Below are positions 1 to 45,880 of a stretch of 64,000 nucleotides of DNA, one piece after another. Position numbers and translations under genes: made by a program. Location of the stretch: the NCBI RefSeq assembly GCF_001194135.2, contig NC_068984.1, forward strand, positions 81,857,979 through 81,921,978, given 5' to 3'. Within the stretch, counting starts at the first letter, position 1, and the number at the start of each line of letters is the position of its first letter. The notes below the pieces were generated by a model. It had not been told where the DNA came from, searched no databases, and saw nothing but the letters and a program-made list of their open reading frames with translations. This DNA is from Octopus bimaculoides (taxonomy: Eukaryota).

Positions 1-1377
1 TAAATAAACCTCATAATACACTAGATGTATCCGTGGAAATTTTTACAATTATTTAGAAAACTGTGACATGGTTGAAAGTTTCAAAAGAATCATGAAATGT
101 ATAACTTTTTTTTGAAATTGTGTATTTTTTTAAATATGACTTTTGACGATGTAAAAACCAACATAGTATTGAATGTGTAGTCTTAGAAGATAACGTCTCC
201 AAATGCTAAATACCTTATTATACATTCATCACCTCTTTCACCTTTAAAGTTATATTGTTATTTTTCACTTTTCTCCAAGAATTAAACAATCTTAACTATG
301 GAGCGAAATCGAAGACATTATCTTTCTATATGATATCATTCTGCTACTGTACGACTAAGTTCTAACAGATCTTAACTCTCTATGTTCCATCATTATTTTC
401 ATATCAAAGAAAAACTTCATATGACTAGGCTTGAACCCACAGTGCCAGTGAACGAAGTATAGTAGCTGCATCTTTGAGCTGTGAATTCTAAAATGAAAAA
501 TGTAATCTTACAAGTTGTTCTGGATTCGATTTCACTGCATAGAACTTTGGGTGTCTTTTACTATGTCACTCCGGTAGAGTGATGTTCGGCAAATAGTACA
601 TTGTATGTGTGTGTGTAAATGCAGGTTTAAGTTTATGCTGCTTAAAGCCAGTGCTGTTAATGCTGTTCAGCAAATAGACATTGATAAAAATAAGTATCAA
701 ATTTTAAAACAATTATTGGAGTTGATATGCTTGTCTATTCCCCTGAAAATGGTGCCACACTCCAATAATCAGTAAAAGACTAAATGCATAAAATATATAT
801 TTCATACTCAATTTAAAATATTTATTTGTAGGTCTTATGAATAATTTAAATAATATAAATGGTGTATCTCTAATAGATCAGTCCTCGGTTTCGTTACATA
901 GATTAGAGCACAATAGGTAAGTAGATATTATTATAAAGGTGTTTGTGTCTCTGTGTGTTGTCGTCTAAAAATCCATATGTCAGAAAAAGAGGTACTCGTA
1001 TACTTGTCAACAGGGTGAGTATTTCAGCCGATTTAATCAATGATATTTTTCATACCAAAAATTTAATCAATCATATTTTTCATACCAAAAAGATCATCAG
1101 AGACTGCATATTATATTATTTGTAGTGACTTTGATGGCGATATAAATGTGACATTTCATCCGAAGAATGATAGATAGATTAGAGTACGGTTCAGAGACAA
1201 CCATGTCACCACTCGCTGTAATCATGCGATCCAAAAGGAAAATTCCATCCAAAGACCAAAGGTTGAAATCCATTGGTTGAAAGCTTAGCTATAAGATCGT
1301 AAGACCAGATATTAACAAGATTTTTGCTAATGTCAATCCCAACGACATTGTTTTCGAGGGTCGATTGGCAATGGGTG

Positions 1378-1599
1378 TACGAGGGAATGTTAAAAGGTTC
1401 CTGGCTTTAAGGGTGTCGTGAAAGGCCTAGCTGGAGGCTCAACCTTCCGAGTTCTTTTACAGGGCTTAGAAAAACTGAAGGACTGCTGCAATAAGTGTGT
1501 AACTCTGAAATGAGGAATATGTTAAATAAAATCATAATTAACTGATCCTATTGTATTTTCTTTTATCCAAAGCCAGGGTCTTTTCAGTACCCACTCGTA
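1378..1599. mobile_element. Mariner-derived MITE (~220 bp)
   Basis: Imperfect TIRs TACGAGGGAATGTTAAAAGGTTCCTGGCTTT / AAAGCCAGGGTCTTTTCAGTACCCACTCGTA. Confidence 0.7.
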
Positions 1600-2221
1600 T
1601 ATTTCGTACCTGATACTCGAATTTATATCATACAGCACTTGATTCAACTTTTATTATGCTATATAGTGAAATATTAATTGCTTATCAATGAATCAGGTAC
1701 GTGAAACTTCAGGATTTTGATCGCTCACCAAGCGACCAGCATATGGATCAGTGGTAGTTTTATTCATGGAAATTCTATTCATGGTAAAAATATTTAATTT
1801 TCAACAACCCGTTCACCTAGCTATGAATAAATGCCACAGGATTATAATATATACTGCTATCTGGAGCAACAGGACAAATGCCTCTGACGGGTATTATATT
1901 GGAGTCCAATTCTACTCATGAATATATTTTGGAAAGGAACGTACCCCACTATGCTAACGTGCTTTAGATACATTGCTTAAGTGTGAGCCCTTAAGTGGTT
2001 TCCTAAATTCCAATTATTCTGCCATAAACACACATTTTACATACATATGTACATATGTACGTAATCCACGTACAAATATTTATATAAGCAGGTCTATATT
2101 TTTTTCAAAAGCGCACGTATACATATTTGTATACATGTGTTCTTATACATGAGAACGTTTATAATTGGGTTAATAGGGTACCGGACAATTAACGAAAAGT
2201 TTAGTGGTTCTACTATATCCT

Positions 2222-4088
2222 TTTCTGCTCTAGGCACAAGACCCGAAATTTTAGGGGCGGGGGAGACAGTCGATTAGATTGACCTCAGTGCGCAACTGGT
2301 ACTTAATTTATCGAGCCCGAAAGGAGGAAAGGCAAAGTCGACCTCGGCGGAATTTGAACTCAGAACATAAAGACAGACGAAATACCGATTTCTTTATTAG
2401 GCATAAGGCCCTAAACATAGATGGGGTCACCTCAAGGACAGACAAGACCACAGTGGGGACAAAAAACAAAACGAATGTAAATGAAATGAAAGTTATATAA
2501 AAATGAAAATGGACGCATGGGCCCCACTCCTATGCAGTACCATTTGAACCGTTATATGTATTATCTACAATTGTTCTTTTTTTCCTTTAATTTCATACTT
2601 TTTTTGTCTTTAGTAGAACTTCATTAGTGGTTCGATATCTTATAAATCTACCACTGGTGGCAACTCTTTAAATTCCACCTCCACTTCTGGCGAGTCAACG
2701 TTATCTCCACACATCTCTTTCAATTTTCTGTAGTTTTCCTCTTCGATCAATATTGCCTTCATATCCTCCGCGTAGACATATGAAGGCACCTTTACTCTTA
2801 CTATTGAATGTAACTTGATTATTTTTTCCTCTGTTTCAACATTTTTTGGGTAGTTACATAATATCACACTCCTTCTCCTCCTCGTATCTTCTTTCCTTTC
2901 TCTTGGATTTTTGGTTCTCTCTTTTCTTCCTCCATATCACCTTCATACAGTTGGGTTTCCGATATTTTCTCCACTGGTAACTCCACTTTCTTTTTCCTTC
3001 CTACAGCCCTCCTTCACAGTTTCTTTTCTCACCTCTTCTCTCTTCTTTTTCTGCTTCTCAGACGGAGAACTCATTCCTCCGCTCCTCCTTCTTTTCTTTT
3101 TAACCAGAGTGAATCCCTTCTCCGCTTCTTTTTCTATTGCCTTGTCCTGTACTACCTGGTCCACACTCTCATGTCTCTCCTCCTGTTCTGTTTGTGGCTT
3201 TCTTTGGATGCACCATGCCTTCATGTGGCCACTTTCTCCACATGTGAAACACACTGGCGGCCTACCCTCCACAGTAACTCACATCTTCTGGCAGCACAAT
3301 CTCAACCACCACACTGTTCAAGTCCTCTGTTGTTGCCTGAATCGTTAATTCGATCCCATATCCCCACTAATCTACCTTCTGGGTCTTTGTAGCCTTCAGT
3401 ATCTTCCCGTCTTTCATATTATATGTTATGGCTGTCATCAGTCATTCTTCTTTCAATTCGGGTGGCACCTTACCCACTCGCACCTTGGCCACAGGTTTGC
3501 TGCAGTACGAAGTCAAGAGCACCCATTCGTCTGTCCTTATTGCCTCTGTGGAGTGCTTTATTGCTTCCTCCTCCGTTGTGAAGCGCACCTCCACAGTGGC
3601 ATATTTTCTCCCTCTCGTAATGTATGTTGGGAATCTTTTTATATTTTTAAAACATTCCTCTATGGCCTCTATTGGTGCTATTTCTATCTTTCTCGTGGCT
3701 GCCTTCATGGTTTTAAATATAACCGTTCTTTTTGTCACGTTGGCCGATAACTCTTCAGGCGGTGTCAGCTTCAAAATGTTTCCTTCCTTTGTGATTAATT
3801 TCTCACTCTCCTTCATCTTTCTAGGCTCCACTTTTATCTCGCGGAGCTCCAACTCTCGCGTGTCTACTCCTTTGCTCGTTGCGGCCGCATAACTTGGGCC
3901 TGCCTCCGGTGTCTTCTCCATTTTCCCCACAATGGGAAACAAAACAACAATTAACGAATCAACAACGGCAACAATTCAATCAACAATGGTAACAATTCAA
4001 TAAACAGTTCAACATAAACTCACGTATTAATTCACAGAGACCGCTAAGCATTTCGCCCGGCGTGCTAACGTTTCTACCACGTCGCCGG
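2222..4088 (-). mobile_element. tRNA-related SINE (family A), split into 2222-2387 and 4040-4088 by the ORF1-only insertion
   Basis: The two halves join to match intact copies at 27822-28033, ~49960-50160, ~50183-50405 and ~51405-51610 (GTTCTGAGTTCAAATTCC..CGAGGTCGACTTTG core). Confidence 0.85.
2388..4039 (-). mobile_element. ORF1-only non-LTR element (L1/Tx1-type ORF1, decayed), inserted in a SINE with ACCG duplication
   Basis: ATG at 3921 (MEKTPEAGPSYAAA), RRM-like YATVEVRF segment, zinc knuckle CFTCGESGHMKAWC, charged C-terminus ending at 2640, ~250-nt 3' UTR with AATAAA at the end; internal stops and a frameshift; ACCG at 2384-2387 and 4040-4043. Confidence 0.75.
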
Positions 4089-4914
4089 CTTTAGTGGTTT
4101 TACTATATCACTGAAGTATCGTCCTGGCTTTGTTAAAGAGACTTAACTCTTAACTGTAAGGTTTAACTTTAACAATTTACTGCTCCAAACAGTAACGAGG
4201 TTGTGGAGTTGACAAGTAATTCATTGTCGTTCAGTGTCGTGTTTAATTCCATTCCTCACCCTACCGAGATAAATACTGCCAGTATCCAAAACTTTCAGTG
4301 TTTCTCATGGTGTGGAACAGCTCCCTGAGCGTGGAAGCCCCCTGGCAGGAGGGAAGGGTTGTGAGACTCGTAAAGAAGGAGGACAAGTACGAAGGCAAGA
4401 GCACGCATTCGTCTGTCCTTATTGTCTCTGTGGAGTGCTTTATTACTTCCTCCTCCGTTGTGAAGCGCACCTCCATTTAAAACTTGTCCAACACAATGGC
4501 AAAAATTAAAAAAATTATATGGGTGCAAATTGCATTTAGTTTCCTCATTAATAACGTGGAACGGTAACAAAATATTTCACTAATACTTTAAGTGTTAGGG
4601 CTGGGATTTATTAGTTTAAGAATTATTTGCAATACAATGGTGATAGAGAAAATAACTCGCTTTTATTTAAAGCTACTAAAATCACTAATGAGTACTGACT
4701 TATGAATCAAAAGCATTCAGTCACCTTCCCGTTTCTTTTTTTTTATTTTTTAGTCATAGTGTATCTAAGACTACATTACTCAATGTATCATTTAAGGAAT
4801 CGATGTAAGCTGTGATTTGATAGAGATTTATTTGTTATTTTTATCAGACTTTTGTGATTCTGAATACAAATCATCATTATAGGAAAATCATAAAATGAGG
4901 AAAATTTCTAAACA

Positions 4915-5290
4915 TGTGGTTGTGTGGTAAGAAGTTTGTTTCCCAGTCATATAGTTCTGGGTTCAGTCCCACTGCGTGGTACCTTGGGCAAATGTCTTCT
5001 ACTATAGCCTCTGGCCGACCAAGGCTTTGTGAATACGAGATTTGGTAAACGGAAACTAAAAGAAGCCCGTCATATGTGTGTGTGTTTGTCTTTGTGTCTG
5101 TCCGCCATCTCTGCTTGACAACAGGTGTTGGCGTGTTTACGTCCCCGTAACTTAGTGGTTCGGCAAAAGAGACCGATAGAATAAATGTCAGACTTATTAA
5201 GGGGTCGATTTATTTGGCTAAAAATTCTTCAAGTTGGCGCCCCAGCATGGCCTCAGTGTAATGACTGAAACAAGTAAAAGATAAACGATA
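4915..5290 (+). mobile_element. SINE family B copy
   Basis: GTGTGGTAAGAAG...GGGTTCAGTCCCACTGCGTGG...GACTGAAACAAGTAAAAG; other copies or fragments at ~13080-13330, ~14110-14250, 32499-32790 (minus), ~37620-37790. Confidence 0.8.
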
Positions 5291-6123
5291 AAAAATTCCA
5301 AATTAGCACGAAACATTTTTCCTTTACCAAATGGAAAATTTGGGGTTAGTAACACTTTTTATCTTCGTTGCTATTGTTGTTTACACCCTAATGACCTATA
5401 GCTTAGCGTAGACTCATAACCATAGGCGTTCCATTTACGACCATCAAGTTTTATTTTTCAAGTATATAGAACTATATCCTTCAATGTTTGTTTTCTCTTT
5501 TAAACGGGTAGGGTGTGACTTGAAAGGGATTTGGCTATTATTACTAGCAGGTGAAGTGACCACATATAGAGTCCCTCATTCTCCAAAAGCCATATTGTTG
5601 CTAAAGAAAGCGCAATCTTAAAATAAGTTACTTAATGCGCTTTCATAATTTTCCGAATTAATTTTTTTTTTAATATTTTTTCTTTACGTTATCAGCAACA
5701 CTTATAAATATTAGAACGCTATGCTCCAGTGTAACCTTAACTGTGATAATCAATTGTTTCCTGGTTGTTGTTGCTGCTGCTGTTAGCACCGAGTCAGCTC
5801 CAATCAAACTAACCATTGATCAAAAGCGCTCCACCCATAGCCACCTTTTTTGTTATGACGTTGTATATTGGATTACATTTTCTTATGCGTTATTTCTTTC
5901 TAGGACGTTATGTCGTAATTTGAGGGTAATTTGATTATCTCTGGTTGGACGAGTGACCACATAATAGAGACTAATTAGTCGCTGGTTTAGTTTGTCTGAC
6001 GGCTTAAAATATAAAACAAAAGAATTTGGAAGAAATAAAAAGGGAGATTATCAGATCGAGCATGGTTTTTATTTTAGAGTAGTTTCCCTTTATGTCTCGT
6101 GAGTTCTAACCACATACAACAAA

Positions 6124-38631
<32,508 letters not shown>

Positions 38632-39370
38632 ATGAGTAAATAAAAAAAGCAGTAGTCCCTGATCAAAAATGGTTCCTAAACCTCTGCAGCACATCTCATC
38701 ATAAGAGCAGTCTTTCTCTACTCAATGAGAATTTTTTTTTTGTTTTGATTTTTGAGTTTTTGTCTCTATTTTTTTTTTTTTTTTCAGAAAGTGTGTTTAA
38801 AACTAAAAAAAAAAAATTTTAAAAGCAAACACATAAAAACAGCAATGATGAAAATATTTAAATACTCCTTCCACAAATCCCTTTTTTTTTTCTTCTTTTA
38901 TTTATCTATTTATTCTTTAAATGGACTGGCAGTAATTTAAATGAGATTTGCTTTTGGCAAAGTTGTGAAACCTGAAGTTTTGCACTTTCCTTAAGTTTTT
39001 TTTGTTTTTATACTTATTATTTAATGATGATTATTTAATCTATTAAATTTACATTTATTGAGGATTAATCTATAATTGGACAAAGTCAGAAAATATAAAC
39101 ATATATTTATTAGTTGGCTTAAGCAGTTTGTTTGTGAGCCTTTGCCTTGCTCTACTGTTGCCTTACATTCCAATGATTTTCGGTAAAACTCTACTTTCGG
39201 CTTGCTTTCTTTGTTTTTTTTTCTTTTTCCATCCTCTAGTAATAATACATTCCGTTAAAGTGTAGTTATACATTAGCTTCATATATTTTCCAGCATGGAA
39301 AAAACAGACATAAAATGAATGAATGAACAAATATATATATAAAGCTAGAATGTAACTACACATATATATG

Positions 39371-39401
<31 letters not shown>

Positions 39402-39677
39402 GTTCATGTCACACTAAGAAGCAGTGCACAGTATAGGAATTAGTGTCTCCATAAGTGGAATGTAAACCAGCCAATTTGTATTGGCATCAAGTCATATAAG
39501 TTGTAATAATGAAATTAAATCTAATTTTGAAATGTTTTAACTGAAGAAGGTTTACCTAATGGATGCATTTCCTATTATGTATTATGCAAACCTGAAATGT
39601 ATGTATTAAATGATTTCAGAATGTCACTATTACGTTTGACTTCATTATCATAACACACACACACACATATATATATA

Positions 39678-39736
<59 letters not shown>

Positions 39737-42700
39737 CTAAAGTAATAAGTGTAACTACACTCATATNNNNNNNNNNNNNNNNNNNNNNNNNNNNNNNNNN
39801 NNNNNNNNNNNNNNNNNNNNNNNNNNNNNNNNNNNNNNNNNNNNNNNNNNNNNNNNNNNNNNNNNNNNNNNNNNNNNNNNNNNNNNNNNNNNNNTATATA
39901 TATATATATATATATTGCTTGGTTTACAGCAGTTTGTGGAAATATGATTATTGCTTCAGTGAGTAAATTTCCATACAAATATTTAATATTGCTATTTGAT
40001 TGAGCTGGGTCTTTTTATATAGATATTATTTACCCATTCTGATCATGTATACAATAAATAAAAGTGACATGGCAATGTTACTAAACCATCTTGGTTTATT
40101 AGCATACAAACACATCTACGATGCTTTAAACCATTATAACAGCAATCTGAATTTATCTTAGTATACAACCCAGCTTTATCGTGCTTATATAGTTTCCATG
40201 TGACGCTTAACTGGAATTAGCGAAAGTAGCTGGCCATAAAATTCTTGCTTCAACATTAATCATGTGAAATCTGAATTTTTCTGAAGCAACCAACAATCCT
40301 TTGCTCATAGAGATGGAAAATATTCAATTCTGATTTCATGTACAATTTCTGCTAACAGAAAATTTAATATTTCAATGTCTATATTTGTTGAGTCAACCAA
40401 CTGTTTAGGTCTTGAAAATAATGCCATGAAGGCTGTAATATTTTAATTGAATTTGGTTATTGTGGTATTACAGTTATGTTTTCTTTGTTTTGCTTTTTGT
40501 TTTTTTCTTATGTTACCCCAGTGTTATAAAAATCTTAATTCTTTGTTTGCAATTTTCGCACTTATATCAAAATTTGCTGATTACTATCCCTGCTTTTGTT
40601 TTAGATTATTTGTTCTAACAGCTACTTCAAGTGCTCTTCAAAAAATAGTTCTTGTCATATTTTTAGAGATAATTATTCAACTAAAAATCAAGGAGAAAAC
40701 ACATAATTTACTATAAATTGCAAGTTTTGTTTATTCTTTTCTAAAATATTCAAATATTAAAGAAATAACAAAAAAACTTTCCATTTCAAAACTATTTTTT
40801 TAATTAAAATTTCATGAAGCTTTGAAATTTGCATGTATTAATTTACTTTTTCTTTCCTCTTTTCTTACTCCTCCTTTCTATCTCTTCCTTATATGCCATG
40901 GTTGATTTTGGGAGCAGTGTTTCAGCTGTAAGAAATCTTCAAGGTTTTACTGTTATTATGGTGTGGGTTGTACACATGAAGGTCCACTTAATTCAAGCAA
41001 ACATTAAAATACCAGTGATGAGATAAAATGATTATATGCTTTGTGTATTTAGAAGTAATTGGAAGTTGAAATGCAGGAAGAATTAACCCAGATTTTATCT
41101 TCTCAGAGATAAAAGGAATAAATTAATTCAAGTTTTAGCCAAATTTCACTGACATAAATATTTCTTGCTCAACAGTTTACATCATTTGTTCACATTGGTT
41201 TACTGCAAACTGACAGATTTTGAATTAGGTAAAGAACTTGTGTTATCTGATGGATTATGTCAGTCACTTCAGCAATCATACATGAGGTTGTATTTTAAAG
41301 TTGTATTAATGGATCTGCATATTTTCTATGCTTAATGGAAAATATTAAGCCATCAGCTATTGATCATTTGTGTGATTTCTTTTCCTTGCTCTGAAAACTA
41401 GAAAGCAATAAATAAAATAAATTAGATTATAAGTATCAGTACAAATTTCAAATCCCCCATATCAGTTAAGAAACTTCTGGTATAATATCTGTTTCAAGTT
41501 TTCAGTCTGTATTGTATTTGTGATGCTTTACAGAATATATTCTCTTTAACCAAAAATAAATGCCATATTAGTGTTCTTAGTTTAATTACCATTCTACTAT
41601 AAATCAATATTTACCACTCAGATGATAACCTTTTATGCATCTGCATTAAAATCAGTTACTACACTCACACTAACCTGCATAGGTTTCCTTAATCTGTCTC
41701 TATTTATCACTGAAGATGGGTTCATTGTTAATGAACATCAATAGTATTTAAGTTGATTGTAGAACAATTTTAGCAGACACAAATTTACGGAGATTTGTCA
41801 TCTGTTATAAAAATTGTATTATACTTGGTTGTGAGAATCACCTACCTATATTTGTATTTTCTTTTATAATTCTGTATTAACAGAACTTGGGGGGAAATAT
41901 AGGTATATGTGAGCATCTATGCACATAAGTAGTATGTGTGTCTATGCCTTTAGAATTTATAACTGACATGATAAAGAAAAAAAAGGTAATAACAAAGATA
42001 CTTGATCTCAAAAATCACAAACCTCTTTGTTATGCTTCAATAAATGTTATTTGTCAGATATTTTCTTTGTGTTTGTTTATTTCTTATCTTAACATCCATT
42101 GCCAATGTAATTTAACTATATATATATATATATATATTTGTCAAAGAGGACAACAAATGCTAAGGCAAGACAAACATCTCAAGTTATATATGTTATTATT
42201 AAAAAATTTTAAGTCAGATCTGTTCAATCTCAAGCACAGATTAAAATTTTTTTTTTAACGAAACAGTTTGAAACTTCGGATACTGGTTGAATGTGTCACA
42301 TAGAACATGGTTTACTTTTATCATTTTTGACAAAATTCTGTATTTTAGTAGTTATTTCATGTTAAAGTTATCGTATTTGGGTAATTTTAACCAATCAATG
42401 ATGTATATTCAGCTGAAGAAAGTTACTGCTGCTGTTTGCGAACAACAACTTACAACTCATTATTTTAACAAAATTATTACTGAGACAGTCCAACGATGTA
42501 GCCTGTATGTGGTTGCACGACCTGCTAGAAAAAGTAGCCAAACTTTTTTATATACAGAATAGAAAAACCTTTATCCTGTGATATACAGGAAGAAAGACGG
42601 AATGGTTACAGTTGAAAAGTCTTGGATCATAACTGTTCAATCAGATCCAACTCAGGACTAAACAACAGGTGACGAAGGGAACGAGACGAGGCAACGAGAG

Positions 42701-43849
42701 AGCCTTTACCTGGTTGCTCGAGTTGCTAGAAAGAGCAATCAAATCTTCCGGACAAAAAGAAAAATAAATTTCCGTCTTCAAGAAAAAAAAAACTAAAGCA
42801 AATTTATATTATTTTATAATGTTCACTTAGGGAATTCATTACTTCTAGAAAAGAATAAGACAAAATGGTCATGGCTGGAACGTCTTTTTACACAGATCCA
42901 TTACAATCAGAGCTATCCTGTGGTTAAAAAAATATTCTTCACTGAATGATGAAGCCGCTAAAGTTAAAGAAAAGTTGAAAGACTAAAAGATAGCAAATAT
43001 CCATATTCCAAATATTGGGATTCCCTTGACCAGTGTAATTTATACAGATTTTCGTATGAAATAAATAGAAAATGTTATGGGAACTTTGTACATATTATGG
43101 CTAATATCCAGTGTTGTATGAGAGTAGTTTCATGGATCTTGTCAATCTAAGTCACAGATTTTTTAATTACTTTTTTTTAACAAAACAGTTTGAAACTTCA
43201 GATACTGGTTGAATGTGTCAGAGGTTTTTCTATTCTGTATATAAAAAAGTTTGGCTACTTTTTCTAGCAGGTCATGCACTCAAATCAACCCTGATACAGC
43301 AAACCTATCATCAAAGACATTCCAGCCTTCAGCAAACCATCTTTTTAGGGATAATCTAGGACGTTATGTTTCTACCGCTGGATGCCCTTCCTAACGCCAA
43401 CCACTCAGAGGCCAGTCAGGCGGTACTGGCAACAGCCACGCTCAAAATGGTGTATCTTACGTGCCACCTGCACAGGAGCCAGTTCGGCGGCACTGGCAAC
43501 GATCTCACTCGGATGTCTTTACAAGTGCCAGGAAGGCGATGCTGGGCACAGGTGCCATTGACGGTTTCGCTTTCGCTTGCCCCAATAGGTCTTCGCAAGC
43601 CGAGTTTCGTTTCCAAAGAAGGAGACGACATTGGCATGGGTGCTAGTCGTCGAATTTAATTGGATTTCGATTTCACTTGCCTCAACAGGTCTTCGCAAGC
43701 GGAGTCTAGTGTCCAATGAAGGAAGGTATGTATAAGTGGGCTGCCTGAGGCCTTCGATTTAGGTCTCACTTGGCTTGCCGGGTCTTCTCACGCACAGCAT
43801 ATTTCCAAAGGTCTTGGTCAGAAGTCATCACCTGACCGAGGTGTGTGCT

Positions 43850-44041
43850 GGGAGCATTCAACATGGCACTAACATGAGTACTTTTATGTGGTACTAGCAC
43901 AATTGCTTTTCATATGGCACCTGCAAAGGTCCCTTGCAGGCCACTCCTCTTCACCAGGAGATGCAACCTTAAGATTTCAGATGTGGAGGACGGGACTTCT
44001 TGAATACAGCAAAGTGCCAGGTACCTCAATCCTTTGCCATC

Positions 44042-44077
<36 letters not shown>

Positions 44078-45880
44078 NNNNNNNNNNNNNNNNNNNNNNN
44101 NNNNNNNNNNNNNNNNNNNNNNNNNNNNNNNNNNNNNNNNNNNNNNNNNNNNNNNNNNNNNNNNNNNNNNNNNNNNNGATTGCTGGGAAACAATCAGGAC
44201 CAGCAGTTGAGTTTGCGTCCACCTCATCTATAGCTAACAGTATATCTTCTTCGCTAATATCGATGTATTCCATCGTAACTGCCACTTTTGAACTGGTAAT
44301 TCAGTACCTCACTGATTCTGGTTGGACTATCTATGAGGGAGCCATCCTTTTGGAAGAAGGTGTCCTATCTTGCAGCGTGCTGATGCTGTTTCTTTGGCGT
44401 AATGAAAGAAGGCCTTTGGGTTTGACTTAACGTTTTTTATAACCCAGGCTTCTTTGTCTGCTCTTTCCCTCATATAGGACTGTTGCAGGCTTTTTTCAAT
44501 TTCCATCAGTGTTGTTTTTAGGCAGGACCTTTCGTTACTTTTGGGATGTTGGTTGAGGCGATTTGCAACCTTCGCCCGTCGTCTCATGAGGATCATCCTC
44601 TCCCTTGGAATTTTCTTCCTATTTGTTGTGACCTTGTGCTCTGGAGCATATTTCTGGCATATGGCTTGCACAACAGATATGAAATATTCTAGTTTCATGC
44701 CAATGTCTGGTGTGGAGAGTCATTTCGGACAGTCCTGTCTGCGGATCTCTTTTTGGATCTGCTTTGTGGAAGTACAGATTGGAGAGATTTCGGGTGCTTC
44801 CTTTAGGCTGTATGTCTCTAGCTACCTTTGGCCCAAACATAGACAGGTCTATTATGTTGTGATCCGAGACTAATGTCGGCTTCACTTTCACATCATGAAT
44901 GATGTCTATATTGTTCGTGAAGCAGAGATCCAAAATGTTATTCGCCCTAGTTGGTCTGAGTACAACTTGCTCTATGAATAGGGCATTGGTGAGGTTAAGC
45001 AAGGACTCCACCTGTGCTTGTTTGCAATGAGTCATTCCTGAGAGCAGGAGTCCTTCGGGCCATTTGACGTTGAGGAAGTAGCTATCACCCATAAGAAATA
45101 TGCCCACGTGGTGTTCCAGTTTCATAAGGATTTCTTTAATTCTTGTGAAGCAATCTTCAAACTTGCCTATGTGGTTTGGAGCATCCGGTGGGCAATACGT
45201 ATTGCATATGACTATAGTGTATTGTCTTATGTATACAATTGGAGTGTCACATACCGAATTTGAGTATGACAGTAAGACCTGGAGTGTGAGGTCGTCACGG
45301 ATGTATACAGCAACTCCACCATGGCTCCTTTCCTTTCTGTCTGTTCGCAGTAGGGCATATTTTGGTACGTGTATTTCTTCATCCTCTACATCAGGGCTGA
45401 GGTGAGTGTCCACGAGTGCTATTGATAGGGCTTGATTGCATGCAGCAAGGTCTCGTAGGAAAAAATTTTTGCTTTTGTTATGATGCAACAGGACCCCAAT
45501 ATTTAGTAAAAATATTGGCGTGACGTCTGTGCAGCCGTTAGGGGAGGCCATCCTGTGTCTGTTGACTGTGGTGGTTTTGCGCAGTGGCGGACAAGATTCC
45601 TTGTTTGCGCTTGGTGTAGCCAGATCAGCTGCTGCACAATCTTTTGTGCCATGCACAAAAGAGACTCTTGCTCAGCTGCTGCCTTGTGCATAACCTCCGA
45701 AGAGCGCACTTCTTTTCTATAGTTTTTCCTTGGGAACGATTTTTGTCTTTTCTCATGGAAGCTTTTCTCCTTCAGGCCCCTGTAGTTTTGGCGGGGTCTC
45801 GGGTGAGCAAACCGGCAGTTTTTGCCGTCTTCCCCATGCCAACAGTGACAATTAGTTGGTTGTCAATATAAAACTCAGAG
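43850..45880 (-). mobile_element. CR1-group LINE: ORF1 tail, APE endonuclease, start of RT (decayed)
   Basis: GKNCRFAHP (ORF1 end); DTHL, DRKERSHGGVAVYIRDDL, FLMGD, RPTRANNILDLCFTN, VSDHNII (APE); KSNPKAFFHYAK, STAGPDCFP. Confidence 0.88.

Noticed and set aside
1030-1091. 30-bp direct repeat (also the 22-bp repeat at 57346 and 18-bp repeat at 48054) as CRISPR-like arrays
   Set aside because: Head-to-tail slippage duplications with no spacers, in eukaryotic DNA.
4915-5000. tRNA genes at SINE heads (also ~11905, 27830, 37560)
   Set aside because: A/B-box-like motifs only; no complete cloverleaf, and each is followed by a SINE body.
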